Positions 30,801 to 37,970 of a stretch of 64,000 bases of DNA are shown piece by piece. The first letter of the stretch is position 1; each line of letters begins with the position of its first letter. Location of the stretch: the IMG/VR virus record IMGVR_UViG_3300042471_000228, positions 28,522-92,521 of that record; one strand, given 5' to 3'. A program made the translations under genes and the position numbers. Under the pieces are notes generated by a model. That model made no database searches, was not told the DNA's origin, and saw only the letters and a list, made by a program, of their open reading frames with translations. Source of the stretch: a virus.

Positions 30801-31049
30801 AAACCAATCTCCTATAGGAGTATTAAAAGTAAGACCATAATCATTTGATACAGCAATCTGTGTAGTATTTGTAGCCGGATCAGTTCCTGCAAAAATAACA
30901 TTGTTACCATTATTAGGATCTATTCCAATAACAACACTATATCCTGAGAATGCACCAGTTAATGCTGAAGATTCTGTAAAAGATAAACCATCTAAACTAT
31001 AATTACATGATCCTGTATCTTTTAAATGATAATAGCTTTTAATTCCCAT
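27843..31049 (-). CDS. Adhesin-like protein: Asp-box (BNR) propeller + vWA domain + Cys-rich repeats
   Basis: SNDYGLTF, STDSGLTF, TLDGGITW, SEDLGSTW; IDLVFAIDVGPSV...GGTNTAIGL...VILTDG. Confidence 0.75.
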   Translation of the reverse strand: MGIKSYYHLKDTGSCNYSLDGLSFTESSALTGAFSGYSVVIGIDPNNGNNVIFAGTDPATNTTQIAVSNDYGLTFNTPIGDWFTYSSTINLNPNNGSGVLYLSSERILIYDTNYIFLSTDSGLTFDLLVDLSTLYFIGATISKIALSFNSISSGYICLSSSTAIPQLFKTLDGGITWELLPNAISAPVSGTIVQNLFADFVNDAIVTVTRTGIFKSTNDGAVFNPVYTFPSQFILNFPIALTFSKGKLFCINNVPGEIIVSEDLGSTWSVIQVPTGNTTNPVNKLIGFDDETSVYPGLYFTQGLDLYISFDGALTSQYLLNTGNQILDFKTEWYQCDQCPPQYIQDIYSNQCIGTSVGDLVCPAGFTYDPDEEQCICEGECDCPSIDLVFAIDVGPSVNGTEIAGLKNFFTDPNSGFFYQAAIVDLINQNKLRIAAITFSTYLVSQLTPTSDLQGCIDHINTFVASSPGGTNTAIGLAAARNLLFNTNYYNPNSIKKMVILTDGWPNGVEHAQGSVPFENLITITDGTKVQYTTTADSTNTAANILLGNVAQSYPEYATLTLNTTAGLEAGMTIKLLSGMPPQYKFNIDNEGVILEVVDGTTIKVTAAPYFNASNLSTLRGSVFASNATVVPSGIIYEVDTPTRTYPMYHDYNTPCGRISSTLTDCDRCMTFKTAMEVAHDIKTLDGVSITAGFLSSLPNGGPAYTFQQLLTPTQNPGNAFGVESYLTHRALILGFVDQMTHIFPPSEDPTNADYYVVSGYEPPNPIVGGNLGNLGLTGQAEGIPFGRLLYKYCNNPLDYNLFSSVVGSWAVLPIAYNNITLTSSTTNCVGDTSGRFNPLGIWDCDPADIDPSWIPMTSLRVDGNPDFYIETFDNAADIMAPAIASNLCTAIIPVDCGDCTPVQDGDNVRCNCQSVLDISPCITKVYACDDTTFETPLYCTTNDLVPGQVAKIQVDGLPVEGCFIFQSTTEDYCDPLNFSDVIVMDVFADCVTCAGFLYKLSRCDDPTIFLYTDNEVFAEPAALSKSIELNELPGLCWTAAEVATSGDIMEVTIKQIFDDCQCCIDYN

Positions 31050-31050
31050 T

Positions 31051-31191
31051 TTACTTTTTTTGTGTTGTAGGATTTAATAGTTTACTCTTCATGCTATTAA
31101 TACACTTAGAACATCCTACTTTTCCGTCTGGTGTTACTCTTTTTTGACATCCGCAACTCATTGTTGCTTTACAATTTGGACAAGTACTCAT
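31051..31191 (-). CDS. 46-aa Cys-rich microprotein MSTCPNCKATMSCGCQKRVTPDGKVGCSKC... (missing from the track)
   Basis: Fills the intergenic gap; AAACCAACAAAT leader; 6 Cys. Confidence 0.7.
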   Translation of the reverse strand: MSTCPNCKATMSCGCQKRVTPDGKVGCSKCINSMKSKLLNPTTQKK

Positions 31192-31211
31192 ATTTGTTGG
31201 TTTTTAAAGGG

Positions 31212-31769
31212 TTAACATGTTTCACATCCGCAGTTACAACTAAGCTTAGTCAATCTAGACATTACGTAGTTATAGATGTCCATTCCTTGTTTAGGATTGT
31301 GGCAATACTCTACTTTTGCTTTTGCTGCTTCTAACATAGTTTGTAGCAAATTTAGTTCACGCATCTTATCTTTCAAAGGTTGAATAGGTTCACAGTTAGG
31401 AACATCTAAACAACAGAGTATAGTTTGAATCTTAGCTAGTGCTGCAGTAATACGTAAATGATTGTATTCTACATATACGTATTCATTAGGAGCTACGCTG
31501 TATTTAATAGCATATATACCGTCGGGAATACTATTACGAACAGTTGTGCAGTTTGTTGTTTGTAAATCCAAGTCACAAGCTGTAAGACTCAAATTGAATC
31601 CGGAACTTGTTGGATAGTAAGCAACAGCGTTTGTGTATCCTGGTGCAAGAACTTCAAGAGTTAATGATCCAGGAGTCATACTAGGATCGTATGTACTAGT
31701 GTCTACCACTCTGAGAATACAAGTATTCAAAGTGTTAGGCATATCTAAAGATAAAAGATGTTTTGCCAT
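31212..31769 (-). CDS. Cys-rich structural (tail hub-like) protein
   Basis: 185 aa; IPDGIYAIKYSVAP motif. Confidence 0.6.
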   Translation of the reverse strand: MAKHLLSLDMPNTLNTCILRVVDTSTYDPSMTPGSLTLEVLAPGYTNAVAYYPTSSGFNLSLTACDLDLQTTNCTTVRNSIPDGIYAIKYSVAPNEYVYVEYNHLRITAALAKIQTILCCLDVPNCEPIQPLKDKMRELNLLQTMLEAAKAKVEYCHNPKQGMDIYNYVMSRLTKLSCNCGCETC

Positions 31770-31808
31770 ATACTATTAAATTACAAAATTAATCACAATA
31801 AATGAAAT

Positions 31809-31843
31809 AAAAAAGGGTGAGATTTGATTCCCACCCTTTTTTT
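31809..31843. terminator. Bidirectional intrinsic terminator
   Basis: A6-GGGTG...CACCC-T7. Confidence 0.8.
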
Positions 31844-31859
31844 ATAGTCAGTAAATAGA

Positions 31860-33482
31860 TTAAGGAATAATAGGAGCTGCTACGTTAAATGGAGCATAAG
31901 TACAACCATCAGCACAGTTAATAGGTACTAAACGATTACTACTAAATGTAGCAATGCAACCTGAATTAGCATTGTTTAACCAATCTTCCATAAATCCTTC
32001 AAATGTTGCTAAACTTGATTCAACTGCGTCAACAACAAATTCTAAGTAATTACCTGCAACTACTGTTTCAGCATTACCGATAGTAATTTCATACATACCT
32101 TCGTATAAACCAGAAGTATTAGGAGTTGGTGCAATAGCAGTTACGTTAGAACCACTATCAGTACCATCAATATACATAGACTGTCCAATAACAATACCAG
32201 AAGTATTCCATACATATACAGTTGTAGATGCGCTATCTGCAGCAGCATACTTAGAAACTCTTGGTACCAAGATCTCTAACAAATATTGATCGTTATCAAA
32301 AGTACCACTTGGGTTATTAAAACGAGGAACATTATGTTGGATATAGTAACGAGTATAAGTACTAGTACGAGAGATAGCATCTTTAACATCATCACCATTA
32401 GTGATTTCACGAATACGCAAATCAGTTCCAGTATAGAAAGGTTGTTGCATGTAAGCTTCAGTCATGATCAAATCACGAATAGCAGATTCACCGAATCCAG
32501 TACCTTGATTACCAGCACAAACATTAGCTACACAAATTCCACCAAATGCACAAGGATCGCCATTCAAATCTACTTCAGAAGCATATACTTTAACTGGCTC
32601 CAAGAAAGCAATGATAGAATCACTAGGATAGAAAGTACAATCGTTGAAACGAGTATCAACATAAGCACCAGTGATAATCAAACCAGCACGACCAAGACCT
32701 GGAGTAACAGTACCACCTGAAACAGTATCATAGTTTACAACAGCAGGAAGAGGATCAGTACCGTTAATATAATTCTCTAATTGCTCCAAGTTTGCTTTAG
32801 AATTAGTACCATCTGTACCAGCAAGTTCTTGCCATGCTGCAGTTGCAGGATCTGTACTATAAGTAATACGAACTTGAATGAATGGAGCAATCAAAGGAGA
32901 ATTCAACAACTGATAAGCCCATTGTACATAAACAATCAAAGGATTAACTGGTGCTCCGATTCCATCAACACCTTCAGCACAACATCCTGTATAAGCAGCT
33001 GCTGTATAATAAGTGTTACGAGTCAAGAAACGCAATACAGGAGAACCTTTGATATCAACACGCAAGTTGTAAGTGCTGTTACACAAGAACTCACGGTTAA
33101 CAACAGTTCCTGAATTAAGATTGCAATCATAGGTTTCAGAATTACTTCCTACAGTAATTTGCATCTGCTGCAAAGGACAAGGATTAACCTTATAGAATGC
33201 AGAAACATACTTAGGATTAATAGTCTTAGACTTTACAGATTCAGAATAACCACCTGCAAAAGGACCGATTTTATCGTTTTCTAAGTGAATTGATGCTGAC
33301 GCTAATACAAGTGGACACTTCAATGCAGAACTTGTATCTACATCTGCAGGTACTTCCCAAGTTTTAGGGTCAACAAAAGCAAACTGACCAGCAGCCAATT
33401 CACTAGTTTTTGTTCCTGAGGAACTAACAAAACCATTCGTTCCTACGAAAGTTTTGTTAAAGGCATGATTAAAATAACTCAT
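31860..33482 (-). CDS. Abundant structural protein (auxiliary capsid/decoration-like)
   Basis: 540 aa; own promoter and terminator; LRVDIKGSP; location in the capsid module. Confidence 0.6.
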   Translation of the reverse strand: MSYFNHAFNKTFVGTNGFVSSSGTKTSELAAGQFAFVDPKTWEVPADVDTSSALKCPLVLASASIHLENDKIGPFAGGYSESVKSKTINPKYVSAFYKVNPCPLQQMQITVGSNSETYDCNLNSGTVVNREFLCNSTYNLRVDIKGSPVLRFLTRNTYYTAAAYTGCCAEGVDGIGAPVNPLIVYVQWAYQLLNSPLIAPFIQVRITYSTDPATAAWQELAGTDGTNSKANLEQLENYINGTDPLPAVVNYDTVSGGTVTPGLGRAGLIITGAYVDTRFNDCTFYPSDSIIAFLEPVKVYASEVDLNGDPCAFGGICVANVCAGNQGTGFGESAIRDLIMTEAYMQQPFYTGTDLRIREITNGDDVKDAISRTSTYTRYYIQHNVPRFNNPSGTFDNDQYLLEILVPRVSKYAAADSASTTVYVWNTSGIVIGQSMYIDGTDSGSNVTAIAPTPNTSGLYEGMYEITIGNAETVVAGNYLEFVVDAVESSLATFEGFMEDWLNNANSGCIATFSSNRLVPINCADGCTYAPFNVAAPIIP

Positions 33483-33508
33483 AGTTTTTTGTTTTTATAA
33501 ATATATAA

Positions 33509-33540
33509 GTAATATAAGAAAGCTTTCTAAACTTTCCAAA
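33509..33540 (-). promoter_or_regulatory. Promoter TTTG-N20-TATATTAC
   Basis: Bacteroidota -33/-7 spacing upstream of the 33482 start. Confidence 0.55.
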
Positions 33541-33541
33541 T

Positions 33542-33967
33542 TTATTTCAAGAAAATTAACTTGTATTTAGTACTGTTAATCAATGACTTAATCTCATCGA
33601 TTGTGTTTATGATCTCTGAATGTTCACACATATCCTGAACCTTATTGCACATGTCATAAAGACCACGAAGATAAGTAACACATTCTTCCGGAGTACTACA
33701 TTTTGCTAGTTCAGCTGATGTAGGAAATTCTAGTAACTTCTCACTAAGACCTTGCCATTGTTCAGCAAGACTATCAGCAAAGTCACCAACTTCATCATAA
33801 AATGCACCCATTGTCATGTGTGCTGAATAACTTGTTGTTTTTAAATGTGCGATATGAATTTTAGTTACTCCATTTAGTAACTCAAATGTAAGAGCTGTGA
33901 TAGCTCCCGTCATTTGTTTCATTGCATTTCCGGTAGCTCCACCACCTTCAATTTTCAATTGTCTCAT
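33542..33967 (-). CDS. Ferritin/Dps-like four-helix protein
   Basis: HIAHL...SYSAHM...FYDEV...DSLAEQWQG...DEIKSLINSTKYKL. Confidence 0.75.
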   Translation of the reverse strand: MRQLKIEGGGATGNAMKQMTGAITALTFELLNGVTKIHIAHLKTTSYSAHMTMGAFYDEVGDFADSLAEQWQGLSEKLLEFPTSAELAKCSTPEECVTYLRGLYDMCNKVQDMCEHSEIINTIDEIKSLINSTKYKLIFLK

Positions 33968-33969
33968 TA

Positions 33970-34677
33970 TTAACTATTTTCTTGTACTGATTGTTGGGAT
34001 ACTTGATATTGAGTCATGTATTCAATATCTCCGGAAAGAATGTTAACCGCAGCATCTACTAGAATCTCAGCAATATCATCTTTAAATTCACAAAGTACAT
34101 CTGTTGTAGACTGGGTTGTTGTATAAGGATCTACACATCCATTTAATTCCACAAAAGTAGGAAGTCTATAATACATGAGTTTAACCTCATGCATTTCAAA
34201 ATCATTGTTTGTATAGATACGAACTTTGTTACCTACTAGGGTACAGAAGGTTTCTCCCCATTCAAAACTAGGTTTTTTTAACTCGTCTGATAGGAGTAAT
34301 GGAACATTCTCTTCCTCTGCAAGGTATGTAATAGTCATTGCCATAGGATTGTCACAACAACCTTTATTAGCATGACCATTAATACGTTTAAAGAATAAGT
34401 AATCTGCAGGAAGATCATCAGACTCCATATAAAGATCTTTCTTTTTTAGAGTTACGTTCTTTTCCTTTAGTAATCTTTGCAAGTCATCAATGCGCATTTT
34501 AGTTTGCTCATCACCAGTTTTGGTGATATTTACACCTTGTACTTGACGACGTATCCACTCTACTTGAGCTTTATTAAATGCTTCAACGATCTGCCAACAT
34601 TGTAGATTGTCATAATCCTGACTATCTAACTTGTTCAGACGTTGTTTAATTTTTAACTGTAGAGTAGTGTTATTCAT
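33970..34677 (-). CDS. Head-tail ring/adaptor protein
   Basis: 235 aa; LNKLDS...FNKAQ...RIDDLQRLL...LPADYL...YYRLP; synteny. Confidence 0.75.
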   Translation of the reverse strand: MNNTTLQLKIKQRLNKLDSQDYDNLQCWQIVEAFNKAQVEWIRRQVQGVNITKTGDEQTKMRIDDLQRLLKEKNVTLKKKDLYMESDDLPADYLFFKRINGHANKGCCDNPMAMTITYLAEEENVPLLLSDELKKPSFEWGETFCTLVGNKVRIYTNNDFEMHEVKLMYYRLPTFVELNGCVDPYTTTQSTTDVLCEFKDDIAEILVDAAVNILSGDIEYMTQYQVSQQSVQENS

Positions 34678-34679
34678 GA

Positions 34680-34868
34680 TTACTTACGTTTTTTTACAGC
34701 TCCTCCTTTCTTCATAGAGGACTTCTTTGCACCGACAATTCTATCAGCTGCTGTAGGTTTAGGATTATTATCCACACCTGCTTTTACTGAAAGCATTCCG
34801 AAAGATGTAGACCCACCAGATTTCATTTTCTTCATGGATCCACCACATTGCATACATTTCTTTTTCAT
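34680..34868 (-). CDS. Basic microprotein with xxGG motifs
   Basis: MQCGG, MKSGG, MKKGG; Lys-rich. Confidence 0.7.
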   Translation of the reverse strand: MKKKCMQCGGSMKKMKSGGSTSFGMLSVKAGVDNNPKPTAADRIVGAKKSSMKKGGAVKKRK

Positions 34869-34870
34869 AA

Positions 34871-35014
34871 TTATTTATTTTTTGCGATTCGTTTTAAAGT
34901 TTTAGCAAGTGCTTTCCTCTTAGGAGTACACGTAGGTTTAGTCATTGGAGTACAATAACCCTTGTGTTCTGGGTTGATTGCTTTTTGAATCCATTTTTTA
35001 TCTTTCTTCGCCAT
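34871..35014 (-). CDS. 47-aa basic microprotein MAKKDKKWIQKAINPEHKG... (missing from the track)
   Basis: Tiles the gap between neighbouring ORFs; Lys-rich. Confidence 0.75.
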   Translation of the reverse strand: MAKKDKKWIQKAINPEHKGYCTPMTKPTCTPKRKALAKTLKRIAKNK

Positions 35015-35020
35015 AGTGTT

Positions 35021-35272
35021 TTAACACTTCCATTTACGGAGTGACTTATTAATTCTGCTGTTAGGATCATTAGCTGTCTTAGATGAGGTATTCTTCTTCT
35101 TCATACCTTCCATTCTAGCACAGAATGATCTCTTTCTAGGACCACCTTCTGGTTGTGGTGCTTTTAAATCTGAACCAGGATTCTGTCTTTCATAAGACTT
35201 TCTTCCTTTTTCATTAAGACCACCAGAAGGTGACTTACCAGCTTTACGAGTCCATGCAGCAGATTTCGCCAT
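35021..35272 (-). CDS. 83-aa basic protein (DUF6321-like)
   Basis: AWTRKAGKSPSGGLNEKGR...RKRSFCARM...SLRKWKC. Confidence 0.7.
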   Translation of the reverse strand: MAKSAAWTRKAGKSPSGGLNEKGRKSYERQNPGSDLKAPQPEGGPRKRSFCARMEGMKKKNTSSKTANDPNSRINKSLRKWKC

Positions 35273-35418
35273 TACTTCTTTTTCTTACGCATTAGCATTT
35301 TCTCGCGCTTCTCTTCTTTCTTACCCTCAGTCTTTTCATGCTTCATAGCAGCAGACTTAGAAGAATAGCGCTCTTCTGCTTTAGTACCTTTGTACTCAAT
35401 GATCTTTTTCTTTTTCAT
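35272..35418 (-). CDS. 48-aa basic microprotein MKKKKIIEYKGTKAEERY... (missing from the track)
   Basis: TAATG coupling to the downstream ORF. Confidence 0.75.
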   Translation of the reverse strand: MKKKKIIEYKGTKAEERYSSKSAAMKHEKTEGKKEEKREKMLMRKKKK

Positions 35419-35419
35419 A

Positions 35420-36379
35420 TTACAATCCTTCTAAAAATTCAGTTGTTAAATCTTCCCATTCTCCAACACTATTATATTTTTGAAATGATGTTACATCAAC
35501 ATAAGCATTAAATCCATCATCAGTATTTATAAATGTACCACTACAATAAAACACATCTGTATTAGCTGGAACATTTGGGGTAACAATACCACTAGCACCA
35601 GTTAAAAAAGCATCTGAAGCTAATCTTATTTTTTCAGTAGCATAAAACATTTGAGCACCATAAGTTAGTTCAGCTGCAAGATCTGCTTTAAATGGAAATA
35701 ATATATCACATAAGGTATAGTATTGATAATTATTTGGAAACTCTGCAGTATCTGGTGCAGCAACACTACCAGCAACCCAGTTAATAGCTGTTGCTACTGC
35801 ACCACAAGTATTATCTTCAAGAGATTGTTCTTCAGATTTACCTCTTCTCCATATTCTACCTACATTACCAGCTCTTGATATTCCTATATGCGGCATATTA
35901 ATCATAAACAATCCACCCTGCGTAGTGGTTGTAACATGTGATCCCCAAGCTTGTATACCTAGTATACCTGTATGTGGGTAACCAGCTAAACCACCAGACA
36001 TAAATGCACCCAAGAATTGATTTTGAGATGCAGGTGTTTGACCAATGTTTGAGATGTCTGAGTAAATAGGACCATCAACATCATCAGAACAAATTGAATT
36101 TGACAATACAATATTATCAGGAGTATATCCTTTAGATCTAATAAAGTCTTTAGCATGTGTACCGAATATTTCAGCAGAAACAGCATTAGGATAAGTTGAC
36201 TTTACAGTATTATCATAATCTATAGGATTAGGTGATCTTTCAATCAATCCTTCAGTCGATCCTTCAATTACATGAACCCATGGTCCAGGAGCGGGTTGTT
36301 TATATGCTTTTATTAAACTTCCTGGAACAAATTCATCTGTTTTGCGATTCTTTAACGCAAATGCTTTTAGTTTAGTCAT
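35420..36379 (-). CDS. LCIB/LCIC-family beta-type carbonic anhydrase-like protein
   Basis: SICSDDV, GGLAGYPHTG, WGSH, PHIGIS..G.VG and CGA (Cys-His-Cys Zn set). Confidence 0.75.
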   Translation of the reverse strand: MTKLKAFALKNRKTDEFVPGSLIKAYKQPAPGPWVHVIEGSTEGLIERSPNPIDYDNTVKSTYPNAVSAEIFGTHAKDFIRSKGYTPDNIVLSNSICSDDVDGPIYSDISNIGQTPASQNQFLGAFMSGGLAGYPHTGILGIQAWGSHVTTTTQGGLFMINMPHIGISRAGNVGRIWRRGKSEEQSLEDNTCGAVATAINWVAGSVAAPDTAEFPNNYQYYTLCDILFPFKADLAAELTYGAQMFYATEKIRLASDAFLTGASGIVTPNVPANTDVFYCSGTFINTDDGFNAYVDVTSFQKYNSVGEWEDLTTEFLEGL

Positions 36380-36708
36380 TATTTCTTCTTTTTTACTGAA
36401 CCACCTTTTTTAAGTTCTTGTTCAGCGAGTTTCTGATTTCTAGTTTTACTACCAGTAAGTCTTGCTTTTTTATCTTTAAGCATCTCAGCTCTTTCAGATA
36501 ATCTTTGAGATTTTTCTGTTTGACCTATTGCTCTATTTTCCCAGTATCCAGCAGACGTATCTCCTTTTGAACTAGTTTGATTATACATATCAAGAGCACT
36601 TTTAGCTTTAGATTTAGCATTACTCGCTCGGTTCTCTACTCGATTGATTCTATTTTCAATGCGAGTAACTTTACCACCACCTTGTTTTTTAACTAGTTGT
36701 TTTGCCAT
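36379..36708 (-). CDS. Basic coiled-coil protein MAKQLVKKQGGG...LKKGGSVKKKK (start revised to 36708)
   Basis: The track's 36765 start overlaps an upstream microprotein; the 36708 ATG follows that gene's stop. Confidence 0.7.
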   Translation of the reverse strand: MAKQLVKKQGGGKVTRIENRINRVENRASNAKSKAKSALDMYNQTSSKGDTSAGYWENRAIGQTEKSQRLSERAEMLKDKKARLTGSKTRNQKLAEQELKKGGSVKKKK

Positions 36709-36709
36709 G

Positions 36710-36862
36710 TTATTTCTTTTTAGCGGTTTTTGCTGATTTAACAAAGTCTTTCTTAGTAGGTGCACCTTTAGTTCCAGGTGTTCTCATTGTTTCACCAGAG
36801 CCCGCTTTAATGCGAGCTCTCTTTGCGTGAATATTTGCGTATAAACCTTTCTTTGCTACCAT
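36710..36862 (-). CDS. 50-aa basic microprotein MVAKKGLYANIHAKRARIKAGSGE... (missing from the track)
   Basis: Clean ORF after a TATATTAT box; I recognise the GLYANIHAKR family from other aquatic phages. Confidence 0.75.
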   Translation of the reverse strand: MVAKKGLYANIHAKRARIKAGSGETMRTPGTKGAPTKKDFVKSAKTAKKK

Positions 36863-36874
36863 ACTAATAATATA

Positions 36875-37888
36875 CTAATTATTCCAATACTTTTCTACAG
36901 TTTTTGTAACTTCCATCAAAACTGATTCATTTAAAGGATTCTTCATATACTCAACAACTTCTGCAATATTACGTCCTAGTAATGATCCGGTCTTTTTATC
37001 GTAGATCATACCATCAGCTTTTGCTGTAAATACTTTATAATAAATTGCATCTTTAACAATACACTTCAATTTCAAAGTCTCCATGTCAAGATTACAAGTA
37101 TCGATAAACTCTTGAGCAGCACGCTTAGCATTACGCTCAGCACCATCACCCATTACAAACTTATCCATCATATCATAGATAACATCAATAGGAGTTGACT
37201 TACGATAAGTAGCACCAGCAACGTCCACCAACTTACCTACATAGAATAACTTATTAGTATTCTTGTCAGAAAGTTTTTGAAGTTCTGCAAGAGCTTTGTT
37301 ACGAAGTTTCTTAAGCTCTGTTCTTGTAGAAGCTGTATCTTCGTATCTATCTAAATAGAATTTAGGAGCACGTGGTCTAGATTTTGCATCTTCATATGAC
37401 TTTGAAATAATACTAAAACCACCTGCTTCAATTGCAAATATTTTAATAAGATCATAAGGATCTTTTGTAGGATCAAGATTTACTGGAGTATTACCACAAC
37501 GCATTGTGATCTTTGACCAGAAGTCGTCATTATCCGGACGTAGTAATTTTACTTTATTCCAGAATTCCACATCGTCAGGATTAATAACATTTGCTGCAAG
37601 TTGTTTCTCTAACTCACATACAACGTTTCTGATTTCTCTAACTTTAGCTTCTTTTACTTCAGGATCCTTAATCAATTTGATCTCAGGAGCAAATTCATTA
37701 AGACCTGTAACATAACGCTTGATTCCGTTATGCTCAATACAAGCTAATTGTTCTTCGTGATAAACACCTTCAAATAGTGCTAGTCCATAATTTTGAAGAC
37801 CCATATTATCAACGGACTGATTGATGTAAGGTTTAACTGCAATAGGACCGCGTTTAGAGATCGGTTCCTGTACCATTGTGAAACTCAT
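36875..37888 (-). CDS. Conserved crAss-like protein downstream of the major capsid gene
   Basis: 337 aa; synteny with the capsid gene. Confidence 0.65.
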   Translation of the reverse strand: MSFTMVQEPISKRGPIAVKPYINQSVDNMGLQNYGLALFEGVYHEEQLACIEHNGIKRYVTGLNEFAPEIKLIKDPEVKEAKVREIRNVVCELEKQLAANVINPDDVEFWNKVKLLRPDNDDFWSKITMRCGNTPVNLDPTKDPYDLIKIFAIEAGGFSIISKSYEDAKSRPRAPKFYLDRYEDTASTRTELKKLRNKALAELQKLSDKNTNKLFYVGKLVDVAGATYRKSTPIDVIYDMMDKFVMGDGAERNAKRAAQEFIDTCNLDMETLKLKCIVKDAIYYKVFTAKADGMIYDKKTGSLLGRNIAEVVEYMKNPLNESVLMEVTKTVEKYWNN

Positions 37889-37923
37889 AATTTTGTTGGT
37901 TTTTTATGTTTGACAAATATAGT

Positions 37924-37952
37924 AAAAAAGGGGAGAGTTTTACCCCTCCCCC
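37924..37952 (-). terminator. Terminator after the major capsid gene
   Basis: Minus strand GGGGAGGG-TAAAA-CTCTCCCC followed by T6. Confidence 0.8.
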
Positions 37953-37970
37953 ATTTTACATTTTTTAAGA

